Shown here: in pieces, positions 39,650 through 49,884 of the stretch
How the letters are laid out: each line of letters opens with the position of its first letter
Numbering within the stretch: position 1 is the stretch's first letter
DNA from: Candidatus Bathyarchaeota archaeon
GTDB taxonomy: Archaea; Thermoproteota; Bathyarchaeia; 40CM-2-53-6
DNA length: 64,000 bases
Assembly (NCBI GenBank): GCA_963733055.1
Contig: CAVTBR010000001.1
Coordinates: 832,001-896,000, forward strand
Reading direction: 5' to 3'
Made by a program: the position numbers and the translations under genes
Notes under the pieces: model-generated
Told to the model about the DNA's origin: nothing
The model's database searches: none
What the model saw: the letters and a program-made list of their open reading frames with translations, nothing else

Positions 39650-40428
39650 CCACATCTTGGGCGGCATCGAGGTCAATCGGAACACGAAGAGATTTGCTAC
39701 TTCTGAGAGTTACCAGAGATCGTCTGCTCACCGTAAGCTGCGACGCGGCCGGAGGAATCGGCTCAAAACCTCACGATAAGGTCAGGGCTCATCCACGACT
39801 GCTAGGGAAGATGACTGCTAGAGTGGCTCTGATGGAGCTCCTTGCCGCTGGCGCTGATCCGATAGCCCTTGTTGGGACCCTATCGGTTGAGCCGAAACCA
39901 GCTGGCGACCAAGTTGTTAAGGGAATGTTAGCAGAATTACATTATGCCCGACTTGACAACATACAGATTCTAACCAGTTCCGAAAAAAATGTGAAAGTCA
40001 GTCAGACCGGCATTGGAGTAACGGCAATCGGTTTTGTCTCAGCTCCCAATCTTAGGATAGGCCGATGCAGACCCGGGGACGAGGTAGTTACAGTCGGCGA
40101 GCCCCATGTTGGACAAGAAGTTCTGCGCGGGGAAACAAATCGAAAAATCGCTGACACACTTGACATCATAAAGATCCGCGAGAAGTCATTCGTGCACGAA
40201 ATGATACCTGTAGGCTCATGCGGAATACTCAAGGAAGCCAGAACAATGGCGAGAGATTCTAAACTTTCAATTAGGCTACTGAAGTCGGAGCGAGTGAATC
40301 TTAAGAAATCCGCTGGTCCCGCCACGGTCCTAGTCTGTGCCCTTCGACGAGGAAGTTTTAGGAAAATGGAAACTCTATTGCACAAACCAACTCATTTAAT
40401 CGGGCATCTTTTCGAAAGGCAGGCTTAA
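39646..40428 (+). CDS. cblS: Alpha-ribazole kinase (CblS-like, PurM/AIR-synthase fold)
   Basis: RDL, CDAAGGIGSKPHD, ARVALME, SEKN, QTGIGVT, PVGS.GI..E and KSAGPAT motifs. Confidence 0.78.
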   Translation: MTTSWAASRSIGTRRDLLLLRVTRDRLLTVSCDAAGGIGSKPHDKVRAHPRLLGKMTARVALMELLAAGADPIALVGTLSVEPKPAGDQVVKGMLAELHYARLDNIQILTSSEKNVKVSQTGIGVTAIGFVSAPNLRIGRCRPGDEVVTVGEPHVGQEVLRGETNRKIADTLDIIKIREKSFVHEMIPVGSCGILKEARTMARDSKLSIRLLKSERVNLKKSAGPATVLVCALRRGSFRKMETLLHKPTHLIGHLFERQA

Positions 40429-40472
40429 CCTACTCAAATCTGCCCAGCCTGATGTTGCATTGGAAGCGGTTC

Positions 40473-41108
40473 CTAGAGTTTAACGACGTTGAGGAGGAAG
40501 GTTGAGCCATAGTAAATTAGAACAAAACCGAAGGCGATGAGTACAAGTTTGTAGTATCGTGAACCGATCAACCCCTTTCCTCTCTTGCCCAAGTGGGCGA
40601 TTGCGGTCAGGTAAGCGTAATCCATCCAAACGTGAGCAGCGTACATGATGAGCACGCCAAGGATCGCTGCGAAAGCCAGAGCTTGAACGATAAGCACCGA
40701 TCCTATCGTGAGCCACCATAGAATGAAATAGGGGTTCAGTCCGGTCAGGGCGAGCCCGAGAATTAGTGAGCTGGCGGGAACGCTACTACTTTTGGGGACA
40801 CTTCCGAACTTAGGTTTGCTCTTAATCGTGTCATAGATCTGCAAAACCCCAAAACCAATCAACCCCAGACCGCCAACGAACCCGATGACTCCCTTTATCG
40901 CAGGTTGACTCGCGGCCGCAAGCAACCCTAAGGCAAGGGCGAGAACAAGCGGAAACTCCACTAACGTATGGCCAACGGCACATGAGAACCCAGCGCGGGC
41001 ACCTTCTTTAGACCCGTGCATCAAGAGCCCAAAAAATAGTGGTCCCGGGGCTAGCGCACCTGACGCAGTTACGAGAATCACTGTAAATACGAAACCAAAG
41101 AGATCCAT
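40473..41108 (-). CDS. LysE-family exporter
   Basis: SGALAPGP and NPYFILWW motifs. Confidence 0.88.
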   Translation of the reverse strand: MDLFGFVFTVILVTASGALAPGPLFFGLLMHGSKEGARAGFSCAVGHTLVEFPLVLALALGLLAAASQPAIKGVIGFVGGLGLIGFGVLQIYDTIKSKPKFGSVPKSSSVPASSLILGLALTGLNPYFILWWLTIGSVLIVQALAFAAILGVLIMYAAHVWMDYAYLTAIAHLGKRGKGLIGSRYYKLVLIAFGFVLIYYGSTFLLNVVKL

Positions 41109-41230
41109 ACGCGCAAAGCTCTGCGTTGCAGCTTAGATATCGTACCTAATTGAGATTGTTCGGTAAACCCCTTGCAAGCGAAAATGTTCACACCGGAAAT
41201 CGCAGTTCCGTGCTTTAACGTGAGAAGCGG

Positions 41231-42085
41231 TTATGCTTCTAGGATCACGCTTTTGTCGACTTTCCCAAGGGCCTTGACGATGTCACGCTTGGTAATGAGG
41301 CCGACAACTTTGGATTCCTTATCGACGACAGGTAGGCTGCTTACGCTTTTCTTGATCAGTATCTGAGCTGCTTGCGCCAGATCAGTACCCTCATGAGTCG
41401 TAATTGGGTTAGGTGTCATCAATTCCTTCGTTGTGATTATGGCAAGTTCGGCCTTGTCGTTCAAGTGCACTCTTGCGGTCTTGGAGGTTGGCATCCTTTC
41501 GCTAACTGAGAGCAAATCTGAGAGGGTTAGGATGCCAACAAGTTCTTCGTCGATCACTGGGATACACGATTGCCGGAAGATGATTCCATTCGCGACATGA
41601 ATGGCTGGGTAGCTGCTCTTGGCGAAGACAAAGTCGGTTGCCATGAAATCGCCGACCTTGAATTTGCCGGGCCATTTCTGTGAGAAATAGTGGCAAAGAT
41701 CGGTTTCGGTTATAATTCCGGATAGTGGATTATCATTCGCTACTATGGCGTAAACGAGGTCGTTCTCGTCGAACGTGCGTGCTGCAACGAGGACCGCAAC
41801 ATGCGGGCTCATCGTTGAGACTGGCGTTGATGAAGCCTCAGAGATCGTTATCTCTTCGAGATCACGAGTGGTAGTGTCGTCGAGGAGGAATCTTGCAATG
41901 TCGCGTTTCGAGACTGATCCTATGGGTCGGTTGTGTGGATCGACTATAACAAGTTGTGAGGTTCGGTTTTGAGACATGACGTCTCGTGCTTTCAGAAGCG
42001 AGTCCGATGGAGAGACGGTAATGACCCACCTGGTCATAACGTCGCTGACAGTGTCTAACCGTGACGAGCCTTGAACTTGAACCAT
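41231..42085 (-). CDS. Four-CBS-domain protein
   Basis: Four CBS repeats (SKRD, ITETD, LTLSD, ITKRD). Confidence 0.9.
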   Translation of the reverse strand: MVQVQGSSRLDTVSDVMTRWVITVSPSDSLLKARDVMSQNRTSQLVIVDPHNRPIGSVSKRDIARFLLDDTTTRDLEEITISEASSTPVSTMSPHVAVLVAARTFDENDLVYAIVANDNPLSGIITETDLCHYFSQKWPGKFKVGDFMATDFVFAKSSYPAIHVANGIIFRQSCIPVIDEELVGILTLSDLLSVSERMPTSKTARVHLNDKAELAIITTKELMTPNPITTHEGTDLAQAAQILIKKSVSSLPVVDKESKVVGLITKRDIVKALGKVDKSVILEA

Positions 42086-42232
42086 CGGTAACCGGTACTC
42101 CCGACAAAATTTGCTAGTCTTTGAAGGGACGAATTTTTGATATAAGCAGAACTAACGGTTCCCATAACTGATTTGAACGCGCAGGATTCCAGCGACACCC
42201 ATGGGAGATATCGATGTCAGCTGCTTGGGTAT

Positions 42233-43378
42233 TCACATAGACTTCGATTCGATTTTCATTCGTCTATCTGCTAGATAGTCTAGGAACTCATCGCGCAGAT
42301 CCTCTTTGAACGCAAGTTCCGGTGGGACCACGCCTTTCTGGAATTCTTCTCCTGATGCTAGCATCTGTGCGGCAATTGAGCATGGGAATGCCGTGGTTCT
42401 GGCCATTGAAGTGGTTCGATGCTTGGTGTCGTAGTGGTCGATCATTTCGTATCGGCGACGTATTTTCGTCCCGCCGTTCTTTCCCGATACGTCAACCCTA
42501 AGGAGTGTGAGATCTTTCTCGTTTCCTAGCCTGAGCCTATCCGATAGTAGAGTTGAGACAAAGTTCCTAGGCGCAATGTTTTGTCCACGAAAAAGGAGGG
42601 GCTTAGTTTCGAGTAAACCGCATTCTATCAGGGTTCTGATCTGTTCGGCGTGCCCGGGCCAGCGGATCGTCTTTTCGTCCATCTCGCGAACTTTCCTCAG
42701 CGTTCGAACAAGTGTCGACAGCCCATCAGTGTAGAAGCATTCACATTTTCCTATTGGTGCACGGAAGGTAATCGTTTCAAGGCCGGACAATGCTTGTGCG
42801 TCTGTGACCTTTCCCCGCCTAATGATTCTGGCTTTGCGCAAATACTCTTCAAGCACGGCTTCAAAAGAGAATACAATTCGATAGTTCAGGGGAGGTTGGG
42901 GTTCTTCCGGGATGCCCCCAACCTTAATGTGGACTTCATCTACTCGCCGCATTCGTTCGGCCGCTGCCATGGCAAGGATATTTGTTAACCCCGGCGCCAA
43001 GCCGCAGGCTGGAATGATCGTTATTCCTTTCTTCTTCGCAGATGAATTTATGTCCCTTTGACCGAACCTCCAGCCAAAAATTAAATCAACAAAATTGACC
43101 CCTGCCTTTATCGTTGCGGAGATAGCGTACTCACTTAACCCGTGGGGTAATGCCCCTACTCCGACATCGAACTTCCGTAACAACCGAGCGCTCTCATTTT
43201 CGTTACGGACGTCGTGGACTTTCGTTGATATTTTCGCGGAATGCTCAGAACGCGCTAAGCCGCGGAGTCTCTTCTTGTCAACGTCACAAACCGTTACCAT
43301 ATCAACGCGTTTTGACGCCGCCAAATCGCGGGCTATCGCCGAACCCATCAATCCGGAGCCGAAAACGACGACCTTCAA
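42233..43378 (-). CDS. Saccharopine dehydrogenase/lysine 6-dehydrogenase family
   Basis: GSGLMG, CGLAPG, VGGIP, TDGLST, EKTIRWPGH and MARTT motifs. Confidence 0.88.
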   Translation of the reverse strand: MKVVVFGSGLMGSAIARDLAASKRVDMVTVCDVDKKRLRGLARSEHSAKISTKVHDVRNENESARLLRKFDVGVGALPHGLSEYAISATIKAGVNFVDLIFGWRFGQRDINSSAKKKGITIIPACGLAPGLTNILAMAAAERMRRVDEVHIKVGGIPEEPQPPLNYRIVFSFEAVLEEYLRKARIIRRGKVTDAQALSGLETITFRAPIGKCECFYTDGLSTLVRTLRKVREMDEKTIRWPGHAEQIRTLIECGLLETKPLLFRGQNIAPRNFVSTLLSDRLRLGNEKDLTLLRVDVSGKNGGTKIRRRYEMIDHYDTKHRTTSMARTTAFPCSIAAQMLASGEEFQKGVVPPELAFKEDLRDEFLDYLADRRMKIESKSM

Positions 43379-43431
43379 GACCTCTCACGACGCTCAAATA
43401 TGGTGGGTCTGTGAATGAGGAGCAGATCGTC

Positions 43432-43878
43432 TTACTGTGCTTCCAGTATCATTTTGATGTGTTTTGGAATGTTGGGTTCATAGGAGACTCGCAGGACCCA
43501 TCGCATAAGGTCTTTCACTGTAACGATGCCGACGATACTGTTGTTCTCAACTATTGGTAAGCGGCGAACCTTGTTCATCAACATAAGCTCGAATGCCTCT
43601 TGAACAGGCATATTCGGCGGTGCGGTGACGATTCCCTTAGTCATGACGTTCTTCACAGGCTCCTTCAGCACCTTCTCACCCTTGATGACTTGTTTTGTTA
43701 TGTCTCGTTCTGTTATGATGCCGACAGGTTTCTTTGCTTCTACCACTACGATTGATCCGATGTCGTGTTGAACCATTTCTTGCGCTGCGGAGATGACACT
43801 CCCGCTTGACTCCATGGTTCTTACCGGGCTGGTCATTACATGTCTAAGCATGTCTTCTTCCCGAAGCTGATTCGACAA
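43432..43878 (-). CDS. CBS-pair protein
   Basis: IGSIVV, GIITERD, RRLPIV and GIVTVKD motifs. Confidence 0.9.
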   Translation of the reverse strand: MSNQLREEDMLRHVMTSPVRTMESSGSVISAAQEMVQHDIGSIVVVEAKKPVGIITERDITKQVIKGEKVLKEPVKNVMTKGIVTAPPNMPVQEAFELMLMNKVRRLPIVENNSIVGIVTVKDLMRWVLRVSYEPNIPKHIKMILEAQ

Positions 43879-43998
43879 ACTAAATCAACCATTTACAGCT
43901 CTCAGAACTTCGTTTAAAAGATCTATTATCGATTACCACGTAATTACCTGGCGGTCTTGATCTTCTCATGCTCTACAGTAAATTGGGCTTCGTTCAAA

Positions 43999-45222
43999 CT
44001 AGTAGGAACACGTTCTGAATTTCCTTGAAACAAAAGTCACTGAGCCTATCACCATGACCGCTCCGCCTGACAATATGTAAGCGAGTCGAATTCCGATGAG
44101 ATCCACAAGGGGCCCTCCAATAGCAAATGCCATCGGTGTTATTGCAAACGAAATTATTTGGTCCAAGCTCATTACGCGTCCGAGTAGCTCATTCGGGACC
44201 GTTGCCTGAAGCATATTGACATAATTCACATTATAGATCGCCAAACACAATCCGAACAGGACGACTAAGGGAAACGCTACGAAAATGCTGGTTTGCGGGC
44301 TCAGGGCGACTATAGCTGCCCCCATCAATATGCTGCTAAGGATAAGCGTCCTCCCGAGATGCTTTCTAAATTTCACCACTCCGACCAATAGTGACCCTGA
44401 TACCGTCCCGACCGTTACGGCGGCCGCTAGGATTCCGTATCCCAACAAATTTGTGGAGAGGGCGTCTTTAGCGTAGACGACAGAGAAGCCGTAGCCTATG
44501 GTGATGAAGAAATTTCCCAATAGCGAGCTGAGCAGAACAATTCTTATCACGAAATTCTTCCAAACGTAGGCGAAACCTTCCGACATATCCGCAAGTACTC
44601 CCCGGACGCCCTTTTGTTTGTCATGTTCGGATTTTGGCGTAGCAATGGTTCCCATAGCGAGAATGGAGATTGCTGAAATTAGGAATGTGAAGCTGTCCAG
44701 AGCGGCGGCACCAATTGTTGTGACGACGTATATGACGACTCCACTTATCCCCTGGCCAATTGTTCGAATCGCTTCGAATGCACCGTTCATTAGTGAATTT
44801 GCACTTGTCAATTGGTCCCTGTCGTGGAAGAGTTGTGGTGTAATTGCGCTTCTTGCTGGAAGGAAGAAGGCTGAGGCTGAGCCTGAAACGAAAACGATGA
44901 GGTATAAGGCTGTAAGTGAGAGCCCGCCGAATTGGTACAGAATGGGGATGAATAGTATGGCTATGCAGCGTATGAGATCGGAACTCATCATTATTCGTCT
45001 TCTGTTCCATCGATCTACGAGCGGTCCCCCGAGTAAGCTGAAGATGAGGTTTGGGACGACAAAAGCGAGGCTCAAGTAGGATACGGCTGTGGCGGTTCCC
45101 TTTGATGTATACACGTACCAGTAGAGCGCTACACCGAGTATAACGTCGCCGAGTAGGCTGATGATCTGTCCTACGAGGAGAGCGCTGAATTTTCGATTGC
45201 CGAGAACTACTGAGTAACCCAC
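43999..45222 (-). CDS. MFS transporter (DHA3/macrolide-efflux-like)
   Basis: GPLVDRWNRRRIM...DLIR and VP.ELLGRV motifs. Confidence 0.9.
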   Translation of the reverse strand: MGYSVVLGNRKFSALLVGQIISLLGDVILGVALYWYVYTSKGTATAVSYLSLAFVVPNLIFSLLGGPLVDRWNRRRIMMSSDLIRCIAILFIPILYQFGGLSLTALYLIVFVSGSASAFFLPARSAITPQLFHDRDQLTSANSLMNGAFEAIRTIGQGISGVVIYVVTTIGAAALDSFTFLISAISILAMGTIATPKSEHDKQKGVRGVLADMSEGFAYVWKNFVIRIVLLSSLLGNFFITIGYGFSVVYAKDALSTNLLGYGILAAAVTVGTVSGSLLVGVVKFRKHLGRTLILSSILMGAAIVALSPQTSIFVAFPLVVLFGLCLAIYNVNYVNMLQATVPNELLGRVMSLDQIISFAITPMAFAIGGPLVDLIGIRLAYILSGGAVMVIGSVTFVSRKFRTCSY

Positions 45223-45440
45223 AAGCTAGGTTAAGCATTTGGAGATGTATTTAGTGGTAAGCTCTCTATCCTCGGTAGTGTCAACTCTTGCGACTGAGTT
45301 CGGAACATGGTGGTTTTAGGGTCCTGCACGTTTCTGGTTTGCAAAGCTTCTTGTACTGTGAAAGTTAGCTAGTTTTTGTCGAGGCCTACAGGTAGGGATA
45401 AATGATGACCTCTCGTATGCCGTGGCGGCGCTCTAGAGAG

Positions 45441-46058
45441 ATGAGCAAACAGCCTAAAGTCCTCGGCAAATTTGTCGAGGTCTCAAAGGATACGATGAAA
45501 CGAGGTGGCAAGCTGTTCGTCTTCTTCATGGGAGCCGAGTACTGTCCTTATTGCGCCGCTGAGCGGTGGGCCATAGTCAGGAGCCTCCAAAAATTTGGAC
45601 AATGGGACGGGCTTAAACAAACCATCAGCGCCGCAAGAGACGAGCCGTTTCTAAATCTTCCTACCTACGATTTCACGAAGGCTACTTACACAAGCCCTCA
45701 CATTGATTTTGTCGCTCGTGAGGTCAAGGACCGTGAATTCAATCCGCTGCAGAAACTCTTGAAGACCGAAGAAAAACTGCTGCGCAAGTTCAACCCGAAA
45801 AAGGAAATCCCGTTCTTACTGATTGCGGGAAGGTTCACGCAAATCGGTTCGGGTTTCACGCCTAAAATATTCATAGGCCACACGTTTCGGCAGACCGAAA
45901 CTGAACTCAAGAAGGTCGAGTCAGAGATCAGGAAGACAATTGACGACGAGGCCAATATAATATCCGCACTCCTTTGCGTTTCCGGACTACCGCCGGAACT
46001 CTGTAAGGAAGCTGGAACGGCGGAGTTGGTTGCTCAAGTGAACGCTAAACTGACCTGA
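45441..46058 (+). CDS. DUF929-like thioredoxin-fold protein
   Basis: GAEYCPYCAAERW motif. Confidence 0.75.
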   Translation: MSKQPKVLGKFVEVSKDTMKRGGKLFVFFMGAEYCPYCAAERWAIVRSLQKFGQWDGLKQTISAARDEPFLNLPTYDFTKATYTSPHIDFVAREVKDREFNPLQKLLKTEEKLLRKFNPKKEIPFLLIAGRFTQIGSGFTPKIFIGHTFRQTETELKKVESEIRKTIDDEANIISALLCVSGLPPELCKEAGTAELVAQVNAKLT

Positions 46059-46130
46059 GAATTCAAGTCGTCAATTAACCTCTTAAGAACCGATCTCCAA
46101 ACATCATTGTCAACAGGATAGGGAACATAA

Positions 46131-47588
46131 TTGACCGCACAAGTTCAGTCATATGATTACTTTGTTAACGGCAAATGGGCTTCCGGATCTTCAATTGAAA
46201 GGTTCGAGTTGAGGAATCCGGCGACCGACGAAGTTATCGGTCGAATTCCAAGAGCGGGTAAGGAAGATGTCAACGAGGCGGTCGAGGTCGCGCGTAAGGC
46301 TTTCGAAGGTTCGGCATGGCATGAAATGGAACAGACGAAGCGCGGCAAGATTCTCATGCAAATCGCGTCCCTGATGCGCCAAAACTTCGAAGATATAGCT
46401 AAACTTGAAACCCTCAACCAAGGCAAACCCATTCGGGAGTCGAAGGGTGATGTCGCGTGGGCTATTCGGGCATTCGAGTATTGGGGTGGGGTTGCAGACA
46501 AGATACAGGGAGAAACAATACCTGTTACTCCCAACCGGCTAACATACACCCTCAAGGAGCCACTAGGGGTAACAGCGCACATCATACCGTGGAATTATCC
46601 GCTAGCGCTCGCAATCAGAAGTTTGGCCCCCGCCTTAGCTGCGGGCAATGCGGTAGTCGCGAAACCAGCAGAACTAACACCGCTTACTCTCCTCCGGGTT
46701 GCTGAGTATGCTCAGAAATCTGGGTTGCCGGATGGGGTCATGAATGTCATCAGTGGCTCTGGGGCTGTGGCGGGACGAGCGTTAGTCTCACACTCTGACA
46801 TTGACGGCATAACATTCACGGGCTCAACTGAGACTGGACGGCAAATAATGGAAACCGCCGCGAAAAACATTACACCTGTTCTCTTAGAGTTGGGGGGAAA
46901 GAACCCCAACATCGTATTTCCTGACGCCGATTTCCAACGAGCGGTGCAAATGGCAAAGTATGCCATCTTCACGAATGCCGGGCAAATGTGCTGGGCAGGA
47001 TCCAGGCTCTTCATCCACACAGAAATATACGATAAGTTCCTGGCCGAATTGAAAAAACAGTCCGAACAGATTAAGATTGGACCCGGGCTCGATGAAAAGA
47101 CAGAGCTCGGCCCAATGGTCTCCAAAGATCAGCAGGAACGAGTAATGGCGTACATTAGGTCGGGTATCGAGGACGGCGCGCGGCTACTAACCGGCGGCCA
47201 AATTCCCGATGAAACCGCGCTTCGCAAGGGCTTCTTCTTGAAACCAACAATCTTCACCGACGTAAAGGCGACTATGAAGATTGGATGCGAGGAAATCTTT
47301 GGACCAGTTCTAACAGTATTCAAATTCTCGTCGGCTGAGGAAGTTCTCAGGATGGCGAATGAAACCCAGTTTGGGTTGTACGCGGGGGTCTGGACGAATA
47401 ATCTCAAAGTTGCAAACCAATTGGTTAGCCAACTTCAGGCGGGTGTTGTGGCCGTAAACGATTACCTAGTCGCATATCCACAGACTCCGTTCGGTGGGTA
47501 CAAGGATAGCGGGATCGGGTACGAGAGTGGTTTGCAGGCAATAAGTCACTACACGCGAATAAAGAGTGTAACAGTTAACGTATCTTGA
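46131..47588 (+). CDS. NAD-dependent aldehyde dehydrogenase
   Basis: PWNYP, FTGSTETG, LELGGKNP, GQMC and EEIFGP motifs. Confidence 0.95.
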   Translation: MTAQVQSYDYFVNGKWASGSSIERFELRNPATDEVIGRIPRAGKEDVNEAVEVARKAFEGSAWHEMEQTKRGKILMQIASLMRQNFEDIAKLETLNQGKPIRESKGDVAWAIRAFEYWGGVADKIQGETIPVTPNRLTYTLKEPLGVTAHIIPWNYPLALAIRSLAPALAAGNAVVAKPAELTPLTLLRVAEYAQKSGLPDGVMNVISGSGAVAGRALVSHSDIDGITFTGSTETGRQIMETAAKNITPVLLELGGKNPNIVFPDADFQRAVQMAKYAIFTNAGQMCWAGSRLFIHTEIYDKFLAELKKQSEQIKIGPGLDEKTELGPMVSKDQQERVMAYIRSGIEDGARLLTGGQIPDETALRKGFFLKPTIFTDVKATMKIGCEEIFGPVLTVFKFSSAEEVLRMANETQFGLYAGVWTNNLKVANQLVSQLQAGVVAVNDYLVAYPQTPFGGYKDSGIGYESGLQAISHYTRIKSVTVNVS

Positions 47589-47634
47589 CCGAAGTACTCT
47601 TTCTGAAGTATACGGTTAAGAACAATTGTGTCCG

Positions 47635-48843
47635 TTATGCTTCCGGGGCGGGAGCGATCTGAATCAGTTCGTTTCTACGTTGCTCTAGGAATCCATCTCG
47701 CAAGCCGCGCCTTATGTAGTATGCATTTCGTTCGCGTTTTTTCTTGTTGCACAGCTTGACCACGAACGGGAGCCCGGGCTTGGAGGTCTCTATGGGGGCA
47801 GCTTCAATTGCCCTCGACTTAACGGCGCTATCGAATAGTTTCTGTCCCAGTTCGGATCGAACGATTACAGTGGTCCATCCGTCTGGAGAACCAACGGCGC
47901 CTATGGAAATGTCGGCAAGCTCGGCGACATAGTCGATGCAGTACTTGCATGGGTGACTCATGTAAGGCTCAAGCTCTTTCGTCGCAACATCGAGCACGCA
48001 GTCGGCGCCGGCGTAGACTTTGAAGCGGTTGCGCTTAATGACAGTCCGCGTAATCTTCGTTGGGTCGATCCCATGTTTCTTCTGAATGAATTCAGTCACC
48101 AATTGGTCATGAGTGTAGACTTTGGAGCAGAATAGGCCGATTGTAAGAACAGGGCGACCGCCTCTTATCCACGACCCTCCGAATTTGACTGTGGCTTGAA
48201 GTGAAGTGTACATACGCCAAAGTCCCTGCAGCTCACAGGGAAGGGCCACTAAGCCAACCCGGCCATCCGGGTAGGAAGCTGCTGCGTCAGAAAGTACTCC
48301 GAGAACTCCACCATGAGTATACTTTGATCCAGCCGTGCGAATTACGTCAGCCGCCGTGTCCCCTAAAACGGGGACCGTCTTCAGAGTCATTCCGCTTCCG
48401 AGAACGAATACTGAATTGGATTTTGTGAAGTCTGAAGTGGCAAAACAATTGATCAACCCTATTTGGAGGGCATGCGTCATAAGCGCTATCGTGGTTCCGC
48501 CGTCTTGACCCGCATGCCATATCTCCTCTTCCAAGGCTCTTGCGGAGTAGACGTTCTTGTAAATCCCTAACGCTTCCTCCTCGGGTTTTCGAGTTCTTCC
48601 AAACAAGTAATATTCGATTTCATCTATCGGTAACTCGAGCCGGGGGCAGCTATAATAGCATACTTGGCATGCGGCGCACGGTCCCTTAATGACCGGCTCC
48701 TCATTCACGTTCACGTTTAGCACGTTAATCGGGCATGAAGCAACGCAGGCGGCGCACATCATACAGTGGTTGGCGCGAACTACCTCGTTGAATAGATGAC
48801 CCCAAATCTTGGCGCTTTTGGGAGGGGACCAACCATCCGGCAT
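47635..48843 (-). CDS. FrhB/FdhB-family (F420-interacting beta-subunit) flavoprotein with N-terminal 2x[4Fe-4S]
   Basis: CMMCAACVASCP, CAACQVCYYSCP, GQDGG, GSKY, GLFC and CKYC.D...LADISIG.VGSPDGW motifs. Confidence 0.88.
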   Translation of the reverse strand: MPDGWSPPKSAKIWGHLFNEVVRANHCMMCAACVASCPINVLNVNVNEEPVIKGPCAACQVCYYSCPRLELPIDEIEYYLFGRTRKPEEEALGIYKNVYSARALEEEIWHAGQDGGTTIALMTHALQIGLINCFATSDFTKSNSVFVLGSGMTLKTVPVLGDTAADVIRTAGSKYTHGGVLGVLSDAAASYPDGRVGLVALPCELQGLWRMYTSLQATVKFGGSWIRGGRPVLTIGLFCSKVYTHDQLVTEFIQKKHGIDPTKITRTVIKRNRFKVYAGADCVLDVATKELEPYMSHPCKYCIDYVAELADISIGAVGSPDGWTTVIVRSELGQKLFDSAVKSRAIEAAPIETSKPGLPFVVKLCNKKKRERNAYYIRRGLRDGFLEQRRNELIQIAPAPEA

Positions 48844-48928
48844 TTTCTATGCACAGCCTAACAGGTACGATCGTAGAACGAATACGATGATATTTGAACA
48901 CTCCCCTCTGCTATCGTGGCACCTCAGT

Positions 48929-49177
48929 CTATTTGCCGCGCCTTGACCAGTAATTCGATAGAAGCAAGATTGTTAGCAACGCGAGAACCATGAATCCTAA
49001 CATATAACCGGCCATGAGAAGGGCAGAAACCATTAGGAAAAGAACTACACCTAATGTCTCGCCGAAACTCATCGTAGCTAAGAAAGTAAAGATTCCAAAG
49101 AGGGATCCAGCGATTGCTGCTAAAACAAGTACAACGACTAGAAGTTGCTTCTTGAACACGATGCCGTATGCATCCAA
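48929..49177 (-). CDS. Small membrane protein
   Basis: 82 aa, almost entirely hydrophobic, with a basic C-terminus. Confidence 0.6.
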   Translation of the reverse strand: MDAYGIVFKKQLLVVVLVLAAIAGSLFGIFTFLATMSFGETLGVVLFLMVSALLMAGYMLGFMVLALLTILLLSNYWSRRGK

Positions 49178-49298
49178 CAGAGGTTCACCGAATCTCTTTT
49201 CTTCAGTCGGATAAGTCTATGCTGAAAAACCTCGCTTCTAGCAATCCTCAATCCGGCGAGAGAACCATGCTCACGTGGCCTCTAATGCACTATCCATG

Positions 49299-49775
49299 CT
49301 AAGCCTTTGCAATTGTTGCTGCCGTACCGCGCGCCAGTTTCTCTCCGGGGGATCCTTTCCAGCCGCGCATAGTTATCCACAGGTTGTAGACATGCAAGTA
49401 AAGGGCACATACTAAGATCAGTAGGAATCCAACATAGGCGAATTCTATGTTAGGGTTGTAAGGGATCAGACCCGAGAATATCCCGGTCATTCCAACCACT
49501 CCAACGTTCATGAACCAGAACTGTATTCTCGCAAGGCGGATGCTGTAAAGGAAAGCATGGGCGAATGATGGAACAAAGAGGTAAGAGAGGCCGAAGATCA
49601 TCATCGCAACAAAACCATAGAGCTGCATAAAGTAAAATGCCATCAGGTTGAACGGTAGCAGATGTGAAAAAACCAAGAGGAGGAGTGTTCCTCCAACGGC
49701 AAGGTACGCAAGACTCGCTTTCACATATTTCAAGCTCAACTGCATAACGACAGATGCTACGGGGCCTTGCGACAA
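49299..49775 (-). CDS. Four-TM protein resembling a heme-copper oxidase subunit I repeat
   Basis: LYGFVAMMIFGLSY.FVP.F...LYS..LA..QFW..N.G pattern. Confidence 0.6.
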   Translation of the reverse strand: MSQGPVASVVMQLSLKYVKASLAYLAVGGTLLLLVFSHLLPFNLMAFYFMQLYGFVAMMIFGLSYLFVPSFAHAFLYSIRLARIQFWFMNVGVVGMTGIFSGLIPYNPNIEFAYVGFLLILVCALYLHVYNLWITMRGWKGSPGEKLARGTAATIAKA

Positions 49776-49884
49776 CTCAAATCATCTGATCGTCGAGACA
49801 GCTATCTTTCCAATAATAGTATCTCTGAAATGGGCGGGCGCGAGCCCGGTGAAATCTGCAGAACGGTGGACTCGATACTCAGTC

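Noticed and set aside
44621-45238. Long alternative-frame and antisense ORFs (e.g. 44621-45238, 10630-11202, 17814-18368, 51600-52157, 62616-63119)
   Set aside because: They overlap well-supported genes and have no recognisable motifs; they are shadow ORFs.
45402-45445. ATGATGA plus a short CTCTC/GAGAG stem as a C/D-box sRNA or fluoride riboswitch
   Set aside because: No CTGA D box at a suitable distance and no riboswitch 5' element.
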